A DNA stretch of 64,000 nt from Octopus sinensis. Taxonomy: Eukaryota. The position numbers and the translations under genes are program-made. Shown piece after piece: positions 1-11,544 of this stretch (positions within the stretch are counted from its first letter, which is position 1; every line of letters starts with the position of its first letter). The stretch spans positions 40,982,001-41,046,000 of the forward strand of contig NC_043005.1 in NCBI RefSeq assembly GCF_006345805.1. The letters are read 5' to 3'. The notes under the pieces were generated by a model. The model saw only the letters and a list, made by a program, of their open reading frames with translations. It searched no databases and was not told the DNA's origin.

Positions 1-754
1 TATTTGAATCTATGCGGTGCTCTTCCTCAATACTAAAAATATTAAAATTAGAATATGGGTATAAAACAATAGAAAATTACAGGGGATATAGCATTGCTCT
101 CAAAGACACTCACCCAATGACATACAAATACACATACATTGCTGGATCATAGTTATATAATATTTATATAATAATATGTGTAAATATGTGAAACACTTAG
201 CTACTAACAGCTGTTTCTAATGTGCAAAGCTTGTTCATCTCATCTTCTTGCACTATAAATCTAAGTCCTTCATCCAGGGTTATTGCCTCTAGTATTGGGA
301 GTTAGAATGATCCTTGTTGAGCTATTAAGGAGTTAGAAGACATTAAGGCAAATAAAAATACATAGGCTTCACAAGTCTATTTACATGGACTACAAAACAT
401 AGAGAATAGAATAAAGTAAATAGAAGAGTAAACAGAAGGAGTTATGTAATAATCCTACCTTGACAGCTATTTTAGATGCAGCATGATTTATGCTGTAACC
501 ATATTCATATGTAATAGACATGCATGATATTGTAGGTGTGTGCAGTAACAGGGATACCAGTGTATTTGATGGGCTAAGTCAGGTCACTCTCATTAGAAGA
601 AGACGACAAATCATAGCAGTGCTTAAAAATATAAAGGTTTGTAGAGAACAGAATGGGGCGGTGAAGAAAGTGCTTGAGGGAAGAGAAAAAAAAATGGTTT
701 GAAAGGTGGATGAAAGCCAGAGAGAGGGAAGATGAGAGAGCTGTAGTTTTAGTA

Positions 755-1140
755 TATCATCATCATCATCATCATTTAAAGTCCATTTTCAATGCTGACA
801 TAGGTTGGACGGTTTGATACACACTGGTCAGTCCAGAGACCCCACCAGGTTCCATCTGTCTGTTTAGTATCGTTTTCATGGATGGATACCCTTCTTAACA
901 CCAACCATTTTACAGAGTATACTGGGTGCTTTTTTATATAACAACAGCACCACTGCATTTTATGGGGCACCATTGTCAGTGCTTTTTATGTCACACCATC
1001 ATCGGTACTCTTTACATGGTACCAGCAATGGTGCTTTTTATATGGTACTAGCACCAATGCATTTTATGTGGCACCAGCATGGGCGCTTTTTACATGGCAT
1101 CAGGACCAACAGAGTCACCAAGTAACTTACAAGACAAAAA
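755..1140 (-). mobile_element. (GAT)n-tailed RTE-related SINE/LINE 3' fragment with internal ~26-bp minisatellite
   Basis: (cat)n at 755-776 followed by the reverse complement of the tail seen many times in the window (ggaagggcatccagctgtagaaac...ccaacccatgc...gacgttaaa(gat)n). gtgcttttta-type units repeat at 925-1100. Confidence 0.7.
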
Positions 1141-1220
1141 GACCCTCAGCTGGGAGGAGGGGAGTAGTAGTGAAGTTGATGGTGGCTTTGTGCTAGTTGA
1201 GGAGAGATTAGAGGGACATC

Positions 1221-1371
1221 ATGACTGTGTGGTAAGAAGCTTCCTTTGCAACCACATGGTTCCAGGTTCAGTCCCACTGTGTGACACCTTGGGTAAATGC
1301 CTTCTACTATAGCCTCAGGCTGACCAAAGCCTTGTGAGTGGATTTGGTAGACAGAAACTGAAAGAAGCCCA

Positions 1372-1412
<41 letters not shown>

Positions 1413-1895
1413 TCATCATCATCATCATCATCATCAGCGTTTAGCATCTGCTTTCCATGCTAGCATGGGTTGGACGGTTCAACTGGGATCTGGGAAGCCA
1501 GAAGGCTGCACCAGGCCCAGTCTGATCTGGCAATGTTTCTACGGCTGGATGCCCTTCCTAATGCCAATCACTCCGTGAGTGTAGTGGGTGCTTTTTACGT
1601 GCCAGACTCGTCTGGCACAGGTGCCAGACGAGTATGTAATATGTATATATATCTATGTGTGTGTGTATCTTTGCGTTTGTGTTTGTCCCCCATCACTGCT
1701 TGATAACTGGTGGTGTGTTTAGGTCCCTGTAACTTAGCAGTTCAGCATAAGAGACCAATAGAATAAATATTGGGCTTTAAGAAAAAAAAGTTCTGGGGTC
1801 AATTTGTTCAGCCCAAGCCCCTTAAGGTGGTACTCCAGCATGGCTGCAGTCAAATGACTGAAACAAGTAAAAAAAATAAAAGAATAAAAGAATAT
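1221..1895 (+). mobile_element. tRNA-headed SINE (family A), split by an insertion in its central microsatellite
   Basis: 5' half 1221-1375 has A/B-box-like tgactgtgtggt / ggttcagtccc and a CORE-like accttgggtaaatgccttc. 3' half 1650-1895 ends cagtcaaatgactgaaacaagtaaaa. Both halves match the copy at 3620-4040. Confidence 0.8.
1413..1630 (-). mobile_element. (GAT)n-tailed RTE-related element nested in SINE A
   Basis: (cat)n followed by gcgtttagcatctgctttccatgctagcatgggttggacgg...gtgggtgctttttacgtgcc; same family as 34005-34330 and 55530-55680. Confidence 0.8.
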
Positions 1896-2618
1896 GTCTA
1901 TATTTTATTTGTATAGCATTACTTGATTTGAAATGTATGTGGAAGCAGTTTTTCTTTTAATTAAACTTGAATCAGTTATTGCAAGTTTTACACTCTTCGT
2001 GCTAGAAATATAATCTTATTTGAAAGAAAGCATTTCTTGAAAATATACAAACTGAAAGACTGTTCAATGCAATGAAGTTATCAATTGTTGCTGTTGTCAT
2101 GGTGACTGTTTGTCAAACTGAAGAGACATATATCATTGTCTTGTAAGCGTATGTATGTGTATGCATATGTGTGTGTGTGTGTGTGCGTGTGTGTGTGCGT
2201 GTGTGTGTATAGTTGAGCATACACATTACAAAATGTAGAGATATTACCCCAAGGAGAACTCCAACCGCATTTTACTGCATCATATATTATTCGTGATTTT
2301 AGAGATGTATACAAATTTTAGTGAAGAATGTTTGAGAAATAGAGAAGTTGTTTCAAAACAAACAGACAAACATCACTGCTTATAGATATATATGGACACA
2401 GGCATGGCCAAATGGTAAAGAGGTTTATTGTTGCAATCAAGAGGTTCCAAGTTTGATGCCACTTTGGTAAATGTCTTCTACTGTAGTTTCAGCTGATTTT
2501 TTTTACTAAGTGTGTGTGTGCGTGAGTGTGTGTGTGTGTATGTGTGCATGTGCGCACGTATGCATGTGTGTGTGCATGCGTGCTTACGTGCATGTGTGTG
2601 TGTGTGTGTGTGTGCATG

Positions 2619-2649
<31 letters not shown>

Positions 2650-2734
2650 AATGTGGTATCACATATCATATATGAGATCATTGCTCTAATGTAAAGCATA
2701 TTTGTAGATAGAACAGAATATATTTCAGTTCAAA

Positions 2735-2949
2735 CCCTTAGCATTTAAACTGGTCATATCTGGCCCAGATATTCTAGATGTTTTATGCTAAAACTGACCT
2801 GATTCAACCTCTTACACCTATCATGCAATGTCATTCTAAAAATATACTGACACACCATTGAAATCTTGATGCTACAAGATAGTGTGTAATTCATTCGAAA
2901 CAATGTAATAAAGCATTTTGTTTGACAAAGAAATTTGAAAGTTAAAAGG
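2735..2949. mobile_element. piggyBac-like MITE
   Basis: Ends aaacccttagcattt ... aaagttaaaagg|ttaa. An inverted homologue lies at 53322-53546. The right end is TTAA-flanked; the left TTAA is decayed. Confidence 0.55.
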
Positions 2950-3619
2950 TTAAATATAAAACTCCATTCTTTAACCAAAATAGATTAGTATAAAGTATGA
3001 TCCAGTAGTTTAATCTATTCTTCTCCACAGTCACCCTATTTCTTTGATTCCATTGGAAGTGGTTCTATTGAAAGAAGAAGTGTTATTGATATTTCTATAA
3101 AATGCTCCAAGTTATAATAATTGTTTTGTGTTAAAGTGCCTGAGAGTTGCCTTAAAAATAAGCTCTTTGTCTTGATAACCATGATTGCAGGCTTTGACTG
3201 GCATATTGCCAAAAGAAATATGCCTGACTTTTCAGAATAGTACAATAGCATCTTTCTGTCTTTGGAGTTTCTTTTGAGTTGTGACTGAAATCACATTTTG
3301 GGTGAGGCATTAATAAAAATTTGTTTCAAGAGTCAAACCAGGAAGTATAAAAGGTGTGACTCTCTGAGGCAGCCCCCATATAGTCACTCTATACGCTAGA
3401 AGTAGTAGCTACATTTGCTTAAATTCCAACTGTGGTGTTGTGAAAAACAGGAGGGACTCCTTTCCTATCTGAGAACAAAAATATTGCGAACAAAATATTG
3501 AGAACAAAATATCTGAGAACAAAAATATACATGTCTACTTCCACAATGTTTTAAATATATATATATATATATATACATACATATATGGATGCATGGATCC
3601 ATGGATGTATAGCTATAAG

Positions 3620-4040
3620 CTCTTTTACTCTTTTTCTCTTTTACTTGTTTCAGTCACATGACTGTGGCCATGCTGGAGCACCGCCTTTAGTCGAGCAAAT
3701 CGACCCCGGGACTTATTCTTTGTAAGCCCAGTACTTATTCTATCAGTCTTTTTTGCCGAACCGCTAGGTGACGGGGATGTAAACACACCAGCATCGGTTG
3801 TCAAGCAATGCTAGGGGACAAACACAGACACACAAACACACACACGCATATATATATATATATATACATATATACGACGGGCTTCTTTCAGTTTCCGTCT
3901 ACCAAATCCACTCACAAGGCTTTGGTCGGCCCGAAGCTATAGTAGAACACACTTGCCCAAGGTGCCAAACAGTGGGACTGAACCTGGAACCATGTGGTTT
4001 GTAAGCAAGCTACTTACCACACAGCCACTCCTACGCCTAT
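3620..4040 (-). mobile_element. Full-length, relatively young tRNA-headed SINE (family A)
   Basis: Minus strand reads tataggcgtaggagtggctgtgtggtaag...ggttcagtccc..., then a central (TA)/(TG) tract, then ...gaaacaagtaaaagag tail. CpGs are retained. Confidence 0.85.
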
Positions 4041-4164
4041 ACATTTTTTGGCATTTCTTGTATTTAATCATCATCATCATCATCATCATCATCGTTTAAC
4101 GTCTGTTTTCCGCGCTAGCACAGGTTGATTGATCTGTCTAATTTGCTTATCCCTACATTTACCT

Positions 4165-4625
4165 CTGTATGAATGTATGAAGGTATGTATGTATGTACGT
4201 ATGTATGTATGTATGTATGTATGTATGTATGTATGTATGTATGTATGTGTATGTATGTACCAGTGTTGTTTGATGGTTATTGTAGTGGGTGCTGCCACAC
4301 CCAATGCCACCAAATTTCAAGCAGGAGTATAACAAAAGATTTTTATTAAGATTTGTAACTAAATTAATGAATAAGGTAAATATATATCAGGAATTTGCTA
4401 TTTTCAATGGGTGTGCAGTACACACAGTACACCCAGAATATATGCCCTTGGTATGTATGTATGTATGTATGTATGTATGTATGTATGTATGTATGTATGT
4501 ATGTACGTATGTATGTATGTATGTATGTATGTACGTATGTATGTATGTATGTATGTTTGTATATATGTATGTATGTATGTATGCATGCATGTATATATGT
4601 ATATATACATATGTGTGTACATATG
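4165..4625. repeat. (TATG)n microsatellite interrupted by a MITE
   Basis: Direct reading: tatg runs at 4165-4260 and 4451-4600. Confidence 0.95.
4261..4450 (+). mobile_element. hAT-type MITE (~190 bp)
   Basis: Ends cagtg...tatgcccttg. Flanks gtatgtac / gtatgtat (8 bp, 7/8 match). Homologous to 60985-61177. Confidence 0.7.
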
Positions 4626-4799
4626 TGTAGCTATGTGGTAAGAAGCTTGTTTCCCAAGCACATGGTTCTAGGTTCTGTCCAACTGCATGGCACATTGGGT
4701 AGGTGCCTTCTGCTCTAGCCTCGAGAAGGAAACTTAAAGTAGCTTATCACATATACATATGTGTGTGTGTGTATGTGTGTGTGTGTGTGTGTGTATGGG

Positions 4800-5040
4800 T
4801 GTGTGTTCCAGTCTCTGTGCCTTGATATCATGTGGTAGTCATAAATGAGTGTCATTGTCATGCAAGTGGTGTCCTTCGTTTCCAGTTTTTCATAAAAACA
4901 AGCCTGATCACGGGAACAATATTACATTATTTGGAAACAGGTGAGGGTTTCAGACAGGAAGGGCATCCAGCTGTAGAAATTATGCCTCAACAAATTCCAT
5001 CCAACTCGTGCAATCATAGAGAATTGGATGTTGAAATGAC
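4800..5040 (+). mobile_element. SINE body with RTE-related tail
   Basis: ggaaacaggtgagggttt...ggaagggcatccagctgtagaaa...ccatccaactcgtgc...gatgttgaaatgac. Related copies at ~17315-17555, ~19740-19975 and ~59330-59560. Confidence 0.65.
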
Positions 5041-5520
5041 AATGGCAGCATTGACGGCAACAATGATGACAGCAACGATGACTATGATGATGACGATGAC
5101 AATGACAACCACAACGATGATGACAATGATGACAACGACGATGACTATAATGATTATGAGGACTACGACGATGACGATGACAATGACAATAACAACGATG
5201 ATGACAATGATGACAACGACGATGACTACAATGACGGTGATGACTACGACGATGACGATGACAATGACAACAACAACGATGATGACAATGATGACAACGA
5301 CGATAACTACAATGACGGTGATGACTACGACGATGACAATGACAACAACAACGATGATGACTATGATGACTATGATGATGACATTGTCTACGATGATGAT
5401 TGATGACTACAATGATGACGATGACAACGACAACAGTGATGGTGACAATGACGACAATGACGACAACCACGACAATTACAATGATGATGACGATAGCAAT
5501 GACAACAACTATGGTGATAT
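5040..5520 (+). repeat. Complex GAY/AAY trinucleotide array with an 81-bp higher-order period
   Basis: Units start at 5080, 5161, 5242 and 5323 (gactat/gactac), exactly 81 bp apart. Confidence 0.85.
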
Positions 5521-5588
5521 GTATATATAGACACGCACGCCTACATATGTGTAGAGTTCTTTGTCATCATCATCATCATCATTTAACG

Positions 5589-5654
<66 letters not shown>

Positions 5655-5859
5655 CTGGGAATGAGTTTTGGTGAGGGAGAAGACTTCCATGAGTTTTGTT
5701 GTTGCAGGCAACTACATGTATTTATTTGTTAATGACATTCATATACAGATGTATAGAACTACTATATTTGATGTTTTGCATGTGTTCGTATATAGATATG
5801 TGCTATGTATTTGCATGTGTATGAGCGTGCATGCATATGTGTGTGTGTGCATGCATGCA

Positions 5860-5860
<1 letters not shown>

Positions 5861-5936
<76 letters not shown>

Positions 5937-5941
5937 GTCTC

Positions 5942-5996
<55 letters not shown>

Positions 5997-6012
5997 GTCG
6001 ATATATCTATCT
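5861..6012. repeat. (TCTA)n / (TCTG)n microsatellite
   Basis: Direct reading. Confidence 0.95.
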
Positions 6013-6159
6013 ACATATGTGCTTGTCCTCCTCCTCCTCCTCCTCATCATCATCATCATCATCATCATTATAAATATGACACCATATTATAGTTTCATGA
6101 TAGTCAAATTATCACTGTATAATATATATATATATATATTATATATATATATGTACACT

Positions 6160-6203
<44 letters not shown>

Positions 6204-6659
6204 GATAGATAAATGTATGTATCTACATATGTATTATGCATAAGGTATAGATGTAGGCATACACATATGTGTGTATGTGTGCATGTGTGTGTGTGTTGTA
6301 TGTGTATGTATGAGAGAGAGAGAGTTTATGTATGTGTGTTTGTGTGTTTGTGGCGTACTTATCAAGAAAGTTCCATTGCTTAGTAAGCCAGAGGCAAGTA
6401 CATGAGTTTGCATTAGAAAAACTTTCTTTGATCTGACACAACTTCATCTATATTCACCAGTGATTAACAAGTAAATAGGTTCAGATATAGAGAAATCTAT
6501 TGGTCTCACACACACACACATACACAGACACAACACACACACACCACTCCACACACACCTTCTCTCTCTCTCTCTCTCATTTCTTCTCTAATTCATCCAT
6601 TTGTATTTGTCTCTTAAATTCTTTATTTTCCCCTCCTCTACACTCACACTGTGTGTCTG

Positions 6660-6690
6660 TATATATATGAGTGTATATTATATATATATG

Positions 6691-6733
<43 letters not shown>

Positions 6734-6860
6734 GTATATATATATATATATAATATATATTATATATATTATATATATATATATATATATAATATATATA
6801 TATATATAATATATATATATATATTATATATATATTATATATATATATATACACACACAT
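6660..6860. repeat. Imperfect (TA)n microsatellite
   Basis: Direct reading. Confidence 0.95.
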
Positions 6861-6944
6861 ACACATATTCATAGAAATCTATCTGTTTAATATATGTATG
6901 TGTTGGTATGTGTGTGCATGTGTATGCATGTGTGTGTGTGCACG

Positions 6945-6995
<51 letters not shown>

Positions 6996-7428
6996 TGCGC
7001 GCATATATTCATATACATCTAAAAATACGAATTCATGCAGAAAATATATTTAGAAAATGTCTGTGAGAAAGAAACACATTTTTAAAAGTGCTTCTAGTTA
7101 AAATATGTTCAGTTATTATAATGTTTTTATTATAATATCTATATTTATGATACTGCAGTTGACATATCAACTACAATTGTACACATGTCAACTGGGGATT
7201 ACCAGTTTCAGCAAGAAACTTAAGTAATTGAAAAGTAGTCAGCTTTTACTATAGCACAGTACTGAAACGAAGCTTAGAATTGAAATCTTATCAGCCCAGG
7301 CATGATAAGTAGTCCACAGCATATAACTGGTCTTGAACTCTAACCAAGCATATTATAACTGCAATCATTTGATTGCATGTAAATCTAGTGGAATTTTCAA
7401 TTTTTTTTCCACCAAAACATGGCTATAA

Positions 7429-7672
7429 ATTCTGTTGTGTCTGAGGAGAGTCATTTTCTTTTTGTGCCTTATAATGTAACACACGCACCGGCAAAATTTC
7501 CACTTATTTCTTAATTTTATTTTCCTAAAATTTTCGTTGCATCTTGCAACCTTTTCAATAGTCAAGACTATTTTAGGAAAATAAAAATAAGAAATAAGTG
7601 GAAATTTTACCGGTGAGTGTGTTACATTATAAGGCACAAAAATAAAATGACTCTCACCAGACACAACAGAAT
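7429..7672. repeat. Fold-back inverted repeat (~103-bp arms)
   Basis: 7429-7531 is the near reverse complement of 7570-7672. Inner symmetry aatagtc-aa-gactatt at 7557-7572. Confidence 0.9.
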
Positions 7673-8356
7673 ATGCCTCATTCAACACATGAACTCTTAT
7701 AAAGAATCTTGCAAACTAAATCCAAAAACGAAATGTGGCTATAAATATAAAAGCAAAAGAGAACCAGTGCTGAGATATGAGAAGGTCCAAGCAAGACAAC
7801 ACAGACAAAAACAAGATTCTTTGTTATGACCCATCCTTCTGTATAAAAGGATCATTTTGTACCATTTTGTACCATGAACACAATATCTTTACCTCATGCC
7901 ACATCAATATGTAGTTAGTCAGTTCTCAGTCAAACACAATATTTATTCATGTCTCTTTACTGGTGAACAGTGATGCAGCATCCAGCAAGTAACTTTAGTA
8001 ATCAATGTAAACTTCGTATATAAATAAATGGCCTTATCAAAGATCTAAATGGACTTGACTGTATATAGGAAACAGCAGACAATGAAATTCAGACCAACCA
8101 AATAACAATCACTCATCTCAGCTAACTGGAATTACAGTACTAATTATTTAGTCTGATGCTGAGAGTATTTGTTATATTACTCATGACATTACTTTGTATA
8201 TTTCATTCCAAGATATATACTTGTGATGGCTTGCTCACTTAACCAGCAGGGTGGCATCATTTCAAAGCTAAAATGACACATAGTGCATTGTGACCAGCGC
8301 TGTGTAACAACATCCAGTAGTCTAGTCTATCATGTGGCTATGTAAAGAGTAAAGAT

Positions 8357-8670
8357 CCTCTTCAGTCATGAATGATGATGAGATTGCACTTAGAAAGTTG
8401 CCCTTCGTGGCGCAAATCTGAGCTAAGTTGTTTATGGAAGACCAGCAGTTGCCCGTGCATACAAGCCGCCTCTCTCCATTCCACTGATGTTACCCAAGGG
8501 AAAGGCGAAAGCCAATACAGCTTGGCACTAGTGATATCACAACTCATTTCTACAGTTGAGTGAACTAGAGTAACATGAAAATAAAGTGTTTTGCTCAAGA
8601 ACACAACACACAACCTGATCAGGAAATTGAACTCACTACCTCATGATTGTGAGCCCCATGGTCTAATGTG
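8357..8670 (-). mobile_element. tRNA-headed SINE (family B, CORE-like domain)
   Basis: gtgttttgctcaagaacacaacac...gaaattgaactcac...gattgtgag. Homologous to 21990-22325, 53590-53860 and 55695-55950. Confidence 0.7.
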
Positions 8671-9269
8671 ATTATGTGGTATACTGGTAATGCTACTTAC
8701 TTGAATGTCTGTCAGTCTGTCTGTAAATATGCATGCATGTATGCATATTATATATTCTAATTGTTCTTTCACTTAGCATCTATTTCTCCATGCTAGCTTG
8801 CATTGATTAGGGACTTATTAGAAGCAGATTTTTTTCCTCCCTCCAATCCTAACCTGTTTTTGAAGTAAGGGTTTTGTTATTCCACAAGACTTCAAAAGTT
8901 TGGAGCTGGATGAGGAATATACACATCATATCACTATTTCAGTTAGTGACAAGCAATAGAGGAACATCTTAAGTGGTTTATCACTATGAATTCACTGTCA
9001 ACATGATAAAGTATTAATTGCTTGTTCAGTTCTGTTCACTTCTATTAATTAAATTCTGTTAATTAAAATTTTGCTTGTTAATCTATTTCAAGTAGTTTTC
9101 TAGTAAACTATTAACAAAATCTCGAGTTCTGCATTACAAACCCACTGTCCTAAGAGTGGCACACTGAATAAAGGACATGTTCAATAATGGGGAAGAATTT
9201 TCATGTTTTAGCTTCATATATATTTTGAGTTAGTGAATTTTTACATTCTCTCAATTTCCTGTAATTCAG

Positions 9270-9343
9270 ACACCAGCAGACAAAATGGAAAAGGTGTTGC
9301 CCTGGAGGATGGTGAAGAAGATGCACTGGAACATCTACTCTGA
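9270..9343 (+). CDS. Candidate 3' terminal coding exon (DTSRQNGKGVALEDGEEDALEHLL*) of an unidentified gene
   Basis: Pyrimidine-rich acceptor ttacattctctcaatttcctgtaattcAG (AG 9268-9269), purine-rich open frame to TGA 9341-9343, AATAAA at 9470-9475. No homologue recognised and no upstream exon found. Confidence 0.25.
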
Positions 9344-9712
9344 CTCATGGGGCTTGCATTTGCAGACAGCTGTCTCTACCCCACCCCACCCCACCGATAG
9401 CAGTGAGCAGGAATACGGTCTGGAGGTTTTATTTTGCTTTTATAACATTCTTCTTCAAAAAGCCAAACTAATAAAGCCTATGAACCCATTCACTTTGCTT
9501 TTCATTCTTTAGGGTCAATAAAATAAGTACCAGTAAACACCGGGGTGCATGTAATCAATGAACCCTCCTCTGAAATTGCTGGCCTCACACTAAAATTTAA
9601 AATCATTATTATCATTTGGGGTCGATAAAATAAGTATAAGTTGAACTCTGGAGTCAATGTATTCGACTTAACCCCTTCCCCATGAAATTCTGGCCATGTG
9701 TCAAAATTTAAA

Positions 9713-9778
<66 letters not shown>

Positions 9779-9949
9779 TAAGGCAGAATCGTTAGCACAC
9801 CAGACATCTGTCATTATGTTCTGAGTTAAAATTCTGCTGAGATTGGCTATGCTTTTCATCCTTTTGAGGTTGATAAAATATGTACCAGTTGAGACTGGGG
9901 CTGATGTAATCAACTTACCTTTTGAAACCATTATTGCTATTATTATTAC

Positions 9950-9993
<44 letters not shown>

Positions 9994-9994
9994 T

Positions 9995-10930
9995 ATTGGG
10001 TGAGAGAGTAGCACATGCCATCAAAGTGACACTGGAATAAAATGTATGAAGCCCACTATACCCATCATGACTATTCATCTGATAAGGGTACACCAGGCAC
10101 ATGCATATATGTGCACGACATGGTAATCACATATCAAGATAAACAGCACATGACCTTGCAGGTGTGACCCAATTAGAATTTCCTTCAGGTTGAATAGCCC
10201 GCCTCACTCAAAAGGTCCCTGAATATGGGTTGTTTAAGGATGTTAAATGAAACACCCATGTTTCCAGAGGTGAATTATCCAAACCCCAAAGAATTCCTCT
10301 CAACACATGGCTATGATGCTCCCCCACTATTCCTGATGGTGACTGGAGATGCACATATTTATCAGCCACCAAAGGACATTCTCAACTGGTGAAGGTCAAA
10401 CAACTGACAAGTAAATCTGTGGTATTGAGCAGAATATTTGCTGTAGCCTATCTTTTATACCAAGACAAAATATATATATGACTAGCAGTATCGCCCGGTG
10501 TTGCTCGGGTTTGTAAGGGAAATAACTATAAAGCATTTTTAGAGAGTTATAGCCAAAAAATAGCAAAAAAATGCATTAAAAATGGAAAAAATATGATGGT
10601 AAATTTTTTTTAAAATCGTTGACTCATCGTAGACATTTTTAGAGAGTTACTTCCCTTATATTTAAAAAAATATGCATTAAAATGGAAAAAAATGATGGTA
10701 AATTATTTTTAAAATTGTAGACTCATCGTAGACGCGCGCTAATACCTAGAAGGGCTCGATATGAATCACGTCTATAAGATACCCGGTTTTGGTTAAACTG
10801 CACCGCAAAATGTGGGAGTAGTTAGGAATCTAAATCGGAGTAGACAGACACACAACCTTACTTTTATATATAAAGATAACACTTCCAATCAGTTAAGATA
10901 AGAAGCCATGACAGCCACTGCCTGGTACTG
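9995..10930 (-). mobile_element. (AAT)n-tailed interspersed repeat (probable LINE 3' end), host of a Helitron
   Basis: Abuts (att)n at 9945-9997. A partial second copy lies at 44856-45000 (gagagagcagt...gccatcaaagtgac...cccatctgataagg). Confidence 0.55.
10482..10876 (-). mobile_element. Non-autonomous Helitron
   Basis: Minus strand: A|TC...CTAG|T, no TSD, subterminal GC hairpin at 10494-10509 (cccggtgttgctcggg). Homologous to 48794-49308. Confidence 0.85.
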
Positions 10931-10995
10931 CTCAAAGCATTTGTTATGATTATTATTATAAAAATTGACGTTAAATGAAGATCATAATCATCATA

Positions 10996-11051
<56 letters not shown>

Positions 11052-11544
11052 CATAATCGTTGTTATCGTTATTATTTTAAAAGAATGGTGGGTAGCAAAA
11101 TCAGTAGAACATCAGACAAAATGCCTTGCAATATTTAGTTCTATCCCTTTATGCCCATTTTGAATATTCCTGAGGTTGAACTGGTCTTTCATCTTTCTGA
11201 AATCAATGAATACATACAAGTCAAATAGTACAATTGGTTTAATCAATTCACTCATCTCTCCTTCACAATAATGTGGTTCCTCTGCCAATATTAGAAAACA
11301 TTAGTTGGCAGTGGGTTGGCATCATTGTTAGAAATATGAACAAAATTCCTTGAGGTATTCATACCCGATATTTTGCAGTCTGAGTTCGAATTCTGGAGAG
11401 CTTAACATTGGGTTTTATCCTCCTGGGATCAATTTACTCAATTAACATCCTCCCTCAAACTTTTTGGCTTTGTTTCTGTGTAAGAAATCATTACCGACTT
11501 TATGATTTCAGGGATGCTTTAAAGGTTTCATGTTAATAACAGTA

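Noticed and set aside
200-300. Minus-strand ctggatgaagg...gaaacagctg, hammerhead- or PLE-like
   Set aside because: The core is not CUGANGA and the stems cannot be completed by eye.
4832-5530. 232-aa M/T/D-rich ORF, the longest in the track
   Set aside because: It starts inside a SINE and runs through its expanded tail; no evidence of a gene.
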